64,000 bases of DNA from an uncultured Gammaproteobacteria bacterium (GTDB taxonomy: Bacteria; Pseudomonadota; Gammaproteobacteria; UBA9214), in contig CAVVHS010000007.1 in NCBI GenBank assembly GCA_963748215.1, positions 224,001-288,000 on the forward strand. Direction: 5' to 3'. Below, one piece after another: positions 8,922-19,675 of the stretch; position 1 is the first letter of the stretch, and each line of letters opens with the position of its first letter. Below the pieces are notes generated by a model. That model saw only the letters and a program-made list of their open reading frames with translations, was not told the origin of the DNA and made no database searches. The translations under genes were made by a program, and so were the position numbers.

Positions 8922-10069
8922 CGGATTCCGGCAACGAAACCGGGAGTGGCGCTGCCGCCCGGCAGGCGCTGGATACGCTGACGCTGCGGCTGATCGACAG
9001 CATTGCCACGGCCATCCGCAGGAGTATCGAGCGGGGCGAGTTGCCGCACATCGAGTTGCCGGTACGCAGCCTGGCCAACGTGACCTACGATGCCGAAAAG
9101 GGCTATCTCGAGCTGGGGGAGGCGCTCAAGACACGGACCCTGACCGTGAATACGGTGCGTTCGTTTGCGCAGACGCTGCGCCTGATGGCCGCCTCCCGGC
9201 AGATGGTGCAGGACGATGATTTCGCCACCAAGCGCGAGGCCTATTACATCAGCAAGAACTGGGGCGACTGCCGCTTCGACGAGCAGGCCGAGTCGGATGC
9301 CATTATGGATGACATCGAGGCCCTGGCGTCACTGCACGGGCTGTCGCGCGAACAGCTGCGCTTCTACCCGGAGTCACACGGCGGCTCGGTGGCGGGACCG
9401 CTGACGGTCATCGATGCGGACCCGGAAAGCGGGGCGGTGCTCGAGATCGACTGCGCCAACCTCGGGAGTGGTGCTTACAGCGTGCCGCGCTCGGTCGAGC
9501 GCCTGGGGTTCCGTACCGATGCGGCGTTTATCCTGGCGATCGAGACCGGCGGCATGTTCCAGCGCCTGAACAATCACCGCTTCTGGAAACAGGCGCGCTG
9601 CATCCTGGTGGAGATGGGCGGCGTGCCGACGCGCGCCACCCGGCGTTTCATCCGCCGGCTGTCCGACAGCACGGACCTGCCGGTGTACTGTTTTGTCGAT
9701 TGCGACCCCTACGGCTTTGCCAATATCTATCGCACCCTGAAGGTGGGCTCGGGCAATGCGGCGCATATCAACCGCTTCTTTTGTGTGCCGCGCGCGCAGT
9801 ACCTGGGCGTCACGCCGCAGGACATCCTCGATTACCGGCTGGAGGATGCCACCCATCCCTTGAGCAAGACCGATATCAAGCGGGCGAAGGATGCCATCAG
9901 GAACGATCCGTTCTTTGCCTCGCAGCCGCGCTGGATCGCGGCCATCGAGCAGTTGCTGGCGATGGGTGTGCGTGCCGAGCAGCAGGCGCTGGCCAAGTGG
10001 GGGCTGAACTACGTCATCGACGAGTATTTGCCCCGCAAGCTGGAAAACCGGGGCAGTTTTCTGCCGTAG
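8918..10069 (+). CDS. top6A: DNA topoisomerase VI subunit A (Spo11-like)
   Basis: TKREAYYISKNW (catalytic Tyr region), FDEQAESD..DDIE, TOPRIM motifs IETGG and DCDPYG, AEQQAL; ATGA overlap with top6B. Confidence 0.95.
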   Translation: MTDSGNETGSGAAARQALDTLTLRLIDSIATAIRRSIERGELPHIELPVRSLANVTYDAEKGYLELGEALKTRTLTVNTVRSFAQTLRLMAASRQMVQDDDFATKREAYYISKNWGDCRFDEQAESDAIMDDIEALASLHGLSREQLRFYPESHGGSVAGPLTVIDADPESGAVLEIDCANLGSGAYSVPRSVERLGFRTDAAFILAIETGGMFQRLNNHRFWKQARCILVEMGGVPTRATRRFIRRLSDSTDLPVYCFVDCDPYGFANIYRTLKVGSGNAAHINRFFCVPRAQYLGVTPQDILDYRLEDATHPLSKTDIKRAKDAIRNDPFFASQPRWIAAIEQLLAMGVRAEQQALAKWGLNYVIDEYLPRKLENRGSFLP

Positions 10070-10323
10070 GCAGGGTGCGCTGCGCGCACCGTTGGCGGTG
10101 CGTGAAACGCACCCTACATCTACATAGTTGTGAAATAATCGTAGGGTGCACTTTGTGCACCATTCCCGGTGCGTAAAACGCACCCTGCATCGAATAGCCA
10201 CGGAATCACACGGAATCACATGGAAGCAGGCAGGTTGCGTTATCCGGTTCTGACGCAGCGGGTTGTGAAATAATCGTAGGGAGCACTTTGTGCACCATTC
10301 CCGGTGCGTGGAACGCACCCTAC
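10066..10323. repeat. REP cluster: three R2 doublets plus CCACGGAATCACACGGAA short repeats (R6)
   Basis: GTAGGGTGC...GCACC-N-GGTGCGTGAAACGCACCCTAC at about 10070-10116, 10141-10188 and 10276-10323; R6 at about 10194-10226. Confidence 0.8.
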
Positions 10324-10438
10324 ATTCTGATGACTCTGAATAAAAAGGGTACTGGCCCATTTATTCCGTTAATGCGATTTTCTGCGATAATCCCGTCCAG
10401 TCACCGGGTATTCATGACAACACAACAGGGACCAAGCC

Positions 10439-10876
10439 ATGACCATTAAGATACAGGATCTGATGACCAAGACCGTCGTCACTGCCGAACCCCACCAAAC
10501 CGTCGGCCAGATCAAGGGCAAGATGGCCAAACGCAGCTTGAGCAATGTCCCGGTCGTCTCTCCGGACAATGTCCCCATCGGCGTGGTCTCCGCCTCTGAC
10601 CTGCTGGCGGCGGAGGAGGAGGGCGCTCCCGTCTCCAGCATCATGACCGGGAAGGTCTACACCATCCCCGAATATGAAGAGGTGTCGGTGGCGGCCCGCA
10701 TGATGCGCAACCACAACATCCATCATCTCATCGTCACCCAGGAGCAAAAGGTCGTCGGCGTCATCAGCTCCTTCGACCTGCTGAAGCTTGTCGAAGGCCA
10801 CCGCTTCGTTATGAAGAACGCCCCGACCCCGAAGAGCAAGGGTGTGGGCAAGCGTGCAAAGGCGGAATTGGAATAG
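10439..10876 (+). CDS. CBS-pair domain protein
   Basis: 145 aa; two CBS motifs (VPVV...IGVVSASDLL and HHLIV...VGVISSFDLL). Confidence 0.9.
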   Translation: MTIKIQDLMTKTVVTAEPHQTVGQIKGKMAKRSLSNVPVVSPDNVPIGVVSASDLLAAEEEGAPVSSIMTGKVYTIPEYEEVSVAARMMRNHNIHHLIVTQEQKVVGVISSFDLLKLVEGHRFVMKNAPTPKSKGVGKRAKAELE

Positions 10877-10905
10877 CTTAAAAGAGGACGGAGGGATTAT
10901 TCTTT

Positions 10906-10967
10906 AAGGGTCATGACTAGTTAAGGCTTAGTGAAATGAGGCTAAGCCATAACTAGTCATGACCCTT
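10906..10967. repeat. 26-bp inverted repeat (long hairpin) inside a weaker outer inverted repeat (10881-11006)
   Basis: AAGGGTCATGACTAGTTAAGGCTTAG / CTAAGCCATAACTAGTCATGACCCTT, 1 mismatch, 10-nt loop. Confidence 0.75.
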
Positions 10968-11030
10968 CTTTAATATTGATCATAATTTAATTCATCCGCC
11001 CCCTTTACGGGTTACCCTAGGGTTACCCTA

Positions 11031-11301
11031 GGGTCGGACCTCGTCAACCAGTTGAAGTGGCTCAATCAACACGTTAATTCAGACCGCATACCAGCCTTGG
11101 AAGGTATTTTTCAGTGTGAAAACGGCGCATTCAAGTGATTGCGAACGCGCGATGTATCGCACAGAAAATACTGGAAATCGTGAGTGCCTCGCAATTCTTA
11201 GAGGCACCATATTGTGGCCGGAACAGGCGTTTTAAGCTCGAAAAGAACCTTTATCAGGGGTAAGAATCGAATGATGTCAGTGGGTTGCCTAGGTCCGACC
11301 C
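11031..11301. mobile_element. MITE-like element family A, copy A2 (271 bp)
   Basis: GGGTCGGACCTCGTCAAC ... AGGTCCGACCC; same length and orientation as A1; left flank GGGTTACCCTA is duplicated. Confidence 0.75.
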
Positions 11302-11521
11302 CTGCAGATGATCACACACGATCCACCTGTCTGGATCAAGACTGGCAAGATAATACACAGACTTGACGATTGGGTTCACGTAACATTTACTTAAATAGTG
11401 AGGCACCGGAACACGCAGCGAAGCGGGGTTTACTTGCAAAGCGCGTGATTTTTCCCGGCCAGCCTATAAACAAAAGATAAATCTCTTTCAACTCTTTCAA
11501 CTCCGTTACGGAAATATAACT

Positions 11522-12983
11522 ATGAAAAACTCAATACTAGCTGCCGCAATTGTTGCCGGCATCCTGTCTGCACCAATGGCATCAGCGCAGGAATCCTCTG
11601 CGCCCACTCCTCCGGCGAAAAGCACGGGCACGGACAAGCAACTCTCGCGGATGCAGGAAAATATGAAAGCAATGCAGCAGCAGATGGAAAAACTCCGGGC
11701 GACGACAGACCCGCAGGAACGCCACAAGCTGATAGAGGAGCACATGCAGACCATGCAGGAACATATGGATATGATGGATAGCATGCACGCTACCCAGGGC
11801 GGCATGATGGGCGGCCCGGGTGGACCGCAAGGTGGTCCTGGCATGATGGGCGGCCCTGGTGGTCCGGGTGGTCCTCAAGGTGGTCCCGGTGGTCCGGGCG
11901 GTCCGCAAGGCGATCCCCGGATGATGGGTGGCCCCGGCGGTCCGGGTGGTCCTGAAGGTGGTCCCGGCATGATGGGCGGCCCCGGTGGTCCGGGCGGTCC
12001 GCAAGGCGATCCCCGGATGATGGGCGGCCCCGGCGGTCCGGGTGGTCCTGAAGGTGGTCCCGGCATGATGGGCGGTCCCGGTGGTCCGGGCGGTCCGCAA
12101 GGCGATCCCCGGATGATGGGCGGCCCCGGCGGTCCGGGTGGTCCTGAAGGTGGTCCCGGCATGATGGGCGGCCCCGGTGGTCCGGGCGGTCCGCAAGGCG
12201 ATCCCCGGATGATGGGCGGCCCCGGCGGTCCGGGTGGTCCTGAAGGTGGTCCCGGCATGATGGGCGGCCCCGGTGGTCCGGGCGGTCCGCAAGGCGATCC
12301 CCGGATGATGGGCGGCCCCGGCGGTCCGGGTGGTCCTGAAGGTGGTCCCGGCATGATGGGCGGCCCCGGTGGTCCGGGCGGTCCGCAAGGCGATCCCCGG
12401 ATGATGGGCGGCCCCGGCGGTCCGGGTGGTCCTGAAGGTGGTCCCGGCATGATGGGCGGTCCCGGTGGTCCGGGCGGTCCGCAAGGCGATCCCCGGATGA
12501 TGGGCGGCCCCGGTGGTCCGGGCGGTCCGCAAGGCGATCCCCGGATGATGGGCGGCCCCGGTGGTCCGGGCGGTCCGCAAGGCGATCCCCGGATGATGGG
12601 CGGCCCCGGCGGTCCGGGTGGTCCTGAAGGTGGTCCCGGCATGATGGGCGGTCCCGGTGGTCCGGGCGGTCCGCAAGGTGATCCCCGGATGATGGGCGGT
12701 CCCGGCGGTCCGGGCGGTCCGCAAGGCGATCCCCGGATGATGGGCGGCCCCGGCGGTCCGGGCGGTCCTCAAGGCGATCCCCGGCATGATGGGCGGCCCC
12801 GGCGGTCCGGGCGGTCCTCAAGGCGATCCCCGGATGATGGGCGGCCCCGGCGGTCCGGGCGGTCCTCAAGGCGATCCCCGGATGATGGGCGGTCCGGGTG
12901 GTTATGAAGGTGGTGGTCCTGAGGGTGGACCTGAAGGCGGTCCGGGCATGAAGGACGGTCCGGATGGACCGGGAGCGGAGTGA
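11522..12983 (+). CDS. Secreted Met/His-rich helical protein with a long Gly-Pro-Met tandem repeat; apparent +1 frameshift at about 12785
   Basis: Signal peptide ([22 protein letters not shown]), then [12 protein letters not shown]...[18 protein letters not shown]-type segment, then 16-aa repeats that resume in ORF 12786-12983. Confidence 0.75.
11804..12900 (+). repeat. Intragenic 48-bp tandem repeat, about 23 units of two types, partly alternating
   Basis: Units encode [16 protein letters not shown] and [16 protein letters not shown]. Confidence 0.95.
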
Positions 12984-13179
12984 TCCCCAAACCTAGCTGA
13001 TATATACCGCTACGAGAATCAGGGGTCAGGTGCTGTGACTGCAGACTGCCCCCTGCTTCTTTCTGATTGCAGGACGTTCCGGCCAGGCCCGCGGGCAACC
13101 CATGAATAATTGGGGTCAGAGCACAATTTTCTCTAATAATCGATTGCGTGTGCTCTGATACCAATAATTTAATGGTCAG

Positions 13180-14127
13180 TTGACCCGGGATAATAAATTG
13201 CAAGCAATCGTTTCCATAGCGAATCTGTCAAAGACGTATTCAACGGGTTATCAGGCGCTGAAGAATGTAAACCTGGACATACAGCCGGGAGAGATCCTGG
13301 CCCTGCTGGGTCCTAATGGCGCGGGTAAGACCACACTCATCTCGATTATCTGCGGCATTGTGAATGCCAGTAGCGGTTCAGTCACCGTTGGCGGGCACGA
13401 TACTGTGAAGGACTACCGCATCACGCGCAGCATGATCGGCCTGGTGCCACAGGAGCTTACGCTCGGTGCCTTCGACAAGGTGTGGAATACCCTGTGTTTC
13501 AGTCGCGGCCTGTTTGGCAAAAAGCCGGACCCAAAATACCTTGAGCAGGTACTGAGGGACTTGTCATTATGGGACAAGAAAAACACCATGCTCATGGCGT
13601 TGTCGGGCGGCATGAAACGGCGGGTGTTGATTGGCAAGGCGCTGGCGCACGAACCTGTGATTCTGTTTCTGGACGAACCGACCGCGGGCGTCGATGTGGA
13701 GTTGCGTAAGGATATGTGGGCGCTGGTGCGGCGTTTGCGTGAATCGGGCGTTACCATCATTCTCACCACGCACTATATCGAGGAGGCGGAAGCGATTGCC
13801 GATCGTGTGGGTGTCATCAACCACGGTGAATTGCTGCTGGTAGATGATAAAGCTGCGCTGATGCACAAGCTGGGTAAGCGGCAACTGATTATCGAGCTTG
13901 AAAATACACTTGTTGCATTGCCTGAAGCCCTGGTAAGCAGGTCTTTGGACCTGTCGGCGGATGGCTGCACGCTGACCTATACCTACGATCCGCATAAAAG
14001 CAACACCGGTATCAACGAATTGCTGCAGGCTCTGCGGGATGCGGATTTGTCGATAAAGGATGTGCATACGACCAAGACGTCATTGGAAGAAATATTCGTC
14101 AGCCTGGTGAAGACAAAGAAAATATGA
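13180..14127 (+). CDS. ABC-2 transporter ATP-binding protein (YadG-like)
   Basis: [17 protein letters not shown] and [11 protein letters not shown]. Confidence 0.9.
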   Translation: MTRDNKLQAIVSIANLSKTYSTGYQALKNVNLDIQPGEILALLGPNGAGKTTLISIICGIVNASSGSVTVGGHDTVKDYRITRSMIGLVPQELTLGAFDKVWNTLCFSRGLFGKKPDPKYLEQVLRDLSLWDKKNTMLMALSGGMKRRVLIGKALAHEPVILFLDEPTAGVDVELRKDMWALVRRLRESGVTIILTTHYIEEAEAIADRVGVINHGELLLVDDKAALMHKLGKRQLIIELENTLVALPEALVSRSLDLSADGCTLTYTYDPHKSNTGINELLQALRDADLSIKDVHTTKTSLEEIFVSLVKTKKI

Positions 14128-14885
14128 ATCTTTATGCGATACGCGTCATCTATAAATATGAAATGCTGCGCGCCTTCGAAACCATTGCCCAGAGTTTCGC
14201 ATCACCGGTGATTTCCACAGCACTTTACTTCGTGGTGTTCGGATCCGCGATCGGCTCACGCATCGAATCTGTTGAAGGCATATCCTACGGGGCCTTTATT
14301 GTGCCCGGTTTGATGATGCTGGCGTTGTTAACGCAGAGTATTGCCAACGCATCCTTCGGAATTTTCTTTCCCAAGTTCACCGGCACCATTTACGAGGTGT
14401 TGTCTGCGCCGATTTCGTTTGTAGAAATCGTGATCGGTTACGTGGGGGCGGCCGCAACCAAGTCGTTCATTATCGGGCTGATCATCCTGGCGACAGCGGG
14501 ATTCTTCGTGCCGCTGCATATCGCGCATCCTTTCTGGATGCTGGGTTTTCTGGTGCTTACCTGCATTACGTTCAGTCTGTTTGGCTTGCTCATCGGCCTG
14601 TGGGCAACCAATTTCGAAAAATTGCAGCTCATACCGATGCTGGTGATTACGCCACTGGTATTTCTGGGAGGCAGTTTCTACTCGGTCAGCATGCTGCCGC
14701 CGGCCTGGCAGACGGTCACACTTTTCAACCCGGTGGTTTATTTGATCAGCGGCTTCCGCTGGAGCTTTTTCGAAGTCGCCGATGTCAGCGTGGGCCTGAG
14801 TCTTGCCATGGTGCTGGCGTTCCTCGGCGCCTGTCTTGTCATAGTTTGGTGGATGTTCAAAACAGGTTATCGATTGAAGCAATAA
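14124..14885 (+). CDS. ABC-2 transporter permease (YadH-like)
   Basis: Multiple TM segments; YGAFIVPGL and [11 protein letters not shown]; ATGA overlap. Confidence 0.9.
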   Translation: MNLYAIRVIYKYEMLRAFETIAQSFASPVISTALYFVVFGSAIGSRIESVEGISYGAFIVPGLMMLALLTQSIANASFGIFFPKFTGTIYEVLSAPISFVEIVIGYVGAAATKSFIIGLIILATAGFFVPLHIAHPFWMLGFLVLTCITFSLFGLLIGLWATNFEKLQLIPMLVITPLVFLGGSFYSVSMLPPAWQTVTLFNPVVYLISGFRWSFFEVADVSVGLSLAMVLAFLGACLVIVWWMFKTGYRLKQ

Positions 14886-14897
14886 GAGAATTTATTT

Positions 14898-15180
14898 GTA
14901 GGGTGCGCTGTGCGCACCGTTGGCGGTGCGTAAAACGCACCCTACATCTAATAGCAACGAAATCACACGGATAACACGGAAGCCATTCCCGGTGCGTGAA
15001 ACGCACCCTACACCCGCGTTTTTATCTTTCCGTGTCCTTCCGTGGATTCCGTGGCCATTATTTATCGCGCATGGGATGCGCTCCTACCCCACTGGATGTT
15101 GTATGGGGTACTCGGTGCACCATTGGCGGTGCGTGAAACGCACCCTGCATCTAATAGCCACGGAATCACACGGAAAACCG
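14898..15180. repeat. Mixed REP cluster (R2, R3, R6) between convergent genes
   Basis: R2 at 14898-14946 and about 14990-15011; inverted R6 at about 15026-15057; R3 at about 15065-15087; R6 at about 15152-15176. Confidence 0.75.
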
Positions 15181-15211
15181 TGCTCTGACCCCGGCAATCC
15201 GACCTTCCGGC

Positions 15212-16416
15212 CTACTCGTAGCGCAGTGCCTCGATGGGGTCCTGGCGTGCGGCCTTGCGCGCGGGAAAGAAGCCGAAGATCACGCCCACGGCGGCGGAGA
15301 ACAGGAAGGCCAGCAGCATGATACTGGCATCGAGCAGCGCCGGCATGCCCATGAGAGCGGCGAGACCGTAGGTTGTCGCCACTGCCAGCAGGATGCCGAG
15401 CAGGCCGCCGAACGACGACAGCACCACCGCCTCGACCAGGAACTGCAGCAGCACCTCGCGCTCCAGGGCGCCGATCGCCAGACGGATGCCGATTTCGCGG
15501 GTGCGCTCGGTCACCGAGACCAGCATGATGTTCATGATGCCGATGCCGCCCACCAGCAGGCTGACCGCGGCCACGGCGCCGAGCAGGGTGGTGAGCACCC
15601 GGGTGGTGCCGGTCAGCGCCTCGGCGATCTCCTTCATGTCGCGCACGTTGAAGTCGTCGTCCTCGTTCGCCGTGATGCGGCGGCGCTCGCGCATCAGCAG
15701 CTCGATGTCGCGCTGGACCTTGCTGGTGGAGGCGCCCTCGCGGGCCGAGACGTAGATCATCTGCACGTCCTGTTTGCCGGCCACGCGCCGCCAGAAGGTG
15801 CGCAGCGGAATCACCACCAGGTCGTCCTGGTCGCGGCCGCCGGCCGACTGCCCCTTGGCCTCCAGCAGGCCGATCACCTGGCAGGACAGCTTGTTGAGGC
15901 GCAGCTTCTCGCCGATCGCATCCTGGCTGCCGAACAGTTCCTTGCGCACGCCCTCGCCGAGGATGCACACCGCGGCGCCGGCGCGCAGTTCGCTGGGGCT
16001 GAACTCGCGGCCCTTCGCCAGGGTCCAGTTGCCGACCGGGAAGTAGTTGTTGTCCGAGCCGGTCACGGTGGTGGACCAGTTGCGGTTGCCGTAGATGGCC
16101 GTCATAGGCTGCGAGGCGCCGGGCGCCACGGCGGCGATGCCGCCCACCTCGCGGCCGATGGCCTCGGCGTCGTCGATGTCGAACTGCTCGGCCTCCGAGC
16201 GCTGCCCGAAGCCGAGGCGCTGGCCGGTGCGCACCATCAGCAGGTTGCTGCCGAGGCTGGAGATCTGTTCGCCGACCTGGGCGGTCGCGCCGCTGCCCAG
16301 GTTGACCATGACAATCACCGAGGCCACCCCGATGACGATGCCCAGCATGGTCAGCGCCGAGCGCATCAGGTTGCGGCGGATTTCGCGCAGGGCGAGCAGC
16401 AGGGCGTTCCACAGCA

Positions 16417-16417
<1 letters not shown>
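15212..16417 (-). CDS. MacB-like ABC transporter permease
   Basis: RSALTMLGIVIGVASVI and GGIGIMNIMLVSVTERTREIGIR.A.GA; C-terminal DPIEALRYE; start taken at ATG 16417. Confidence 0.9.
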
Positions 16418-17132
<715 letters not shown>

Positions 17133-17136
<4 letters not shown>

Positions 17137-18404
17137 GGCTTCACAGTAACGGTATCGGTCACGACCCGCGCGCCGGGTTGAATATCCCCCGACTGCAGTT
17201 CGGTGAACTTGCCGTCGCTGGCGCCCGTCTTCACCGGGACGGCCACCGGCTCGCCGTCGCGCAGCACCCACACCTTCTGGCCACCGTTCCTGTCGGCATT
17301 GCTGCGGCGCTGGCCCATCGGCGGCCGCGGGAACAGCATGCCGAAGGCACCGCGCTGGCGGGGTTGCGCCGCGGTCTGCGGTGGCGTGAAGCGCAGGGCG
17401 GCATTGGGCACCAGCACCGCATCCTGCAGTTCCTGCACCGTAATCACGGCGGTGGCCGTCATGCCCGGGCGCAGTGCCAGGTCCGCGTTGTCCACCGCGA
17501 GCACGGTTTCGTAGGTGACCACACCCTCCACGGTTCTGGGGGCGAAGCGCACCTGGGTGATCCTGGCCGGGAAGCTGCGCTCGGGCCACGCGTCCACGGT
17601 GAACTCGGCGGCCTGGCCTTCGGCGATCCTGCCCACGTCGGCCTCGTCCACTGCCACGTGCAGTTCCATCTGCGCCAGGTCCTCGGCCAGGGTGAACAGG
17701 ATGGGCGCCTGCAGCGAGGCCGCCACGGTCTGGCCCGGCTCGATCTGGCGTAGCAGCACCAGCCCGTCGATGGGCGAACGGATCTCGGTTTTGGCCAGCT
17801 CGGTCTCCTTGCCGTCCAGGGTGGCGCGTGACTCGGCCACCTGTGCCCGGGTGCTGGCCTCGGTGGCCCTGGCGCGAGCGTACGCGGCGCGGGCAGTATC
17901 CAGCTCGGAGGTGGCGCAGAGCTGGCGCTCGGCCAGCTTCTCGCAACGCTCGAAAGCCTGCCGCGTCTCCAGCACCGTGGCCTGCGCCTCCTTGACCTTG
18001 GCCTCGCTGGATTGCAGCGAGGCGCGCGACTCCAGCACCTGCGCCTGCAGGCGGTCGGTATCCAGCCGCGCCAGCACCTGGCCGCGCTGCACCTTGTCGT
18101 TGAAGTCCACCTCCACCGTATCGATGATCCCGGAAAGTTCGCTGCCCACGTCCACCTGGTTGACCGGCTCCAGCGTGCCCGTGGCGGTGACCGTCACCGT
18201 GAGATCGCCCTTTACCACCTCGGCGGTCTCGTAGCGTACCGCGGACTTGTCGCCGGGCAGCAGCCAGAGGAGGGCGGCACCCGCGAGCAGCAGTATGACG
18301 AGGGCAGCAAGCCCCCAGCGCAGGCGGCGCTGCCCGGGCGTTTGCTGGTCCACGTTCAGGACGGCATGGATGTCATCACGGGGGGGGGATACGTTTGGCG
18401 GCAT
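17133..18404 (-). CDS. MacA-like periplasmic adaptor (membrane fusion protein)
   Basis: N-terminal TM; VTATGTLEPVNQVDVGSELSG, IRSPIDGLVL, VDEADVG and LRPGMTATA. Confidence 0.9.
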
Positions 18405-18529
18405 TGCTGTGTGACTCGCGTTTGGCGGAATAATTCCGCCAGAAAAGGGGCGGCGTGGTTCGGTGGGGATCACGCCGGGAGGGTGAGTTTACACGGGGCA
18501 GGGGGAGTTGTTGAGGTTCCATTCGCGGT

Positions 18530-18685
18530 TGTTCGCGCATAAGATGCGCTCCTGCACGTATTCGATTTCGATGCTCCTGCTGGAGCGGATCCCATCCGCG
18601 ATTATTTCAAACACCGCATCGCGCATGAGATGCGCTCCTACGCCCAATAGCTGCACCGGTGCAGGAGCGGACGTTGTCCGCGAAA
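18530..18685. repeat. REP cluster, family R3 (GTAGGAGCGSATCYCATSCGCGA)
   Basis: TCGCGCATAAGATGCGCTCCTGC, GGAGCGGATCCCATCCGCGA and TCGCGCATGAGATGCGCTCCTAC. Confidence 0.7.
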
Positions 18686-18819
18686 GATTCCAGCCTGAAA
18701 AAGATAAGCGCGTGGTCAGATCCGAATGTTTCCTGATAGTTGGAATAATCAAACCCTGCCCCCTTTTTTTGCCTGTTGGCGGAAATGGCGTACACAGCCC
18801 TGACTTCGGTATTTTCTCA

Positions 18820-19578
18820 ATGCAAGATACGTTGATTGTACAATCGCACCGCTCGCCATTGCCCTGGCCCTGGATCGAACGTTGCCTCGAGTCCGTGCGT
18901 GACTGGTGTGCGAAGCGCCGGTATGACTATCGGTTTATGGGTGATGAGCTGTTTGATTGTGTGCCCGATAGTCTATTAGAAAAAACAAGCAAGCAAAGAG
19001 TGGTTGCCACCGACCTGGCGCGATTGTTGATACTTCAGAAAGCCTTGAACGAAAATTACAAAACCGTTATCTGGCTGGACGCCGATTTCCTGATTTTCGA
19101 TGCGGCGGCATTTGTGATTCCCGACCTGGACCATGCGGTCGGCCGCGAGGTCTGGGTGCAGCATGACAGACACGGCAAACTGAAGGTCTTCAGAAAGGTG
19201 CATAATGCCTTCCTGATGTTTGGCGCGGACAACAGTTTCCTGGACTTTTATACCGACACCGCAAAACGTCTGCTGTCCCTGAATCACGGGACAATGCCAG
19301 CGCAGTATATCGGACCGAAATTATTGACTGCCTTGCATAATGTCGCGATATTGCCGGTGCTGGAAAACGCAGGGATGCTGAGTCCGCTGGTCTGCAAGGA
19401 CATTATCCGTGGCGGTGGGGCGGCGCTGGATCTGTTCATCGAGCATTCACCACAATCCGTAGCGGCTGCAAATCTCTGCGTCTCCAGCTGTGAAAGAAAT
19501 GAAGTCACCGCTAGCGAAATGGAACAGGTTATCGATGCGCTGTTGAATAACACAGTGCAATTCCAGAGAACTCGATAG
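18820..19578 (+). CDS. Hypothetical protein, possible GT-A fold nucleotide-sugar transferase
   Basis: TDLARL..L, VIWLDADFLI (DxD), HNAFL and IGPKLLT motifs; start taken at ATG 18820. Confidence 0.6.
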   Translation: MQDTLIVQSHRSPLPWPWIERCLESVRDWCAKRRYDYRFMGDELFDCVPDSLLEKTSKQRVVATDLARLLILQKALNENYKTVIWLDADFLIFDAAAFVIPDLDHAVGREVWVQHDRHGKLKVFRKVHNAFLMFGADNSFLDFYTDTAKRLLSLNHGTMPAQYIGPKLLTALHNVAILPVLENAGMLSPLVCKDIIRGGGAALDLFIEHSPQSVAAANLCVSSCERNEVTASEMEQVIDALLNNTVQFQRTR

Positions 19579-19675
19579 GGATCCGTAAACCCCTCGCCTT
19601 CGGGCGATGGACGACTCTGTGCAGGATGAAGTGAGGCTTGAATCACGAACTGTGAATATCGGCTGTGATGCTGAA

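Noticed and set aside
7260-10069. Wadjet JetD or another TOPRIM defence system instead of Topo VI
   Set aside because: No SMC/kleisin genes; both subunits show canonical Top6B and Top6A motifs in the standard B-A order.
11582-12869. Antisense ORFs including a collagen-like GPPGPP protein
   Set aside because: A by-product of Gly (GGN) and Pro (CCN) codon complementarity in a stop-free repeat; the plus strand carries the signal peptide and N-terminal domain.
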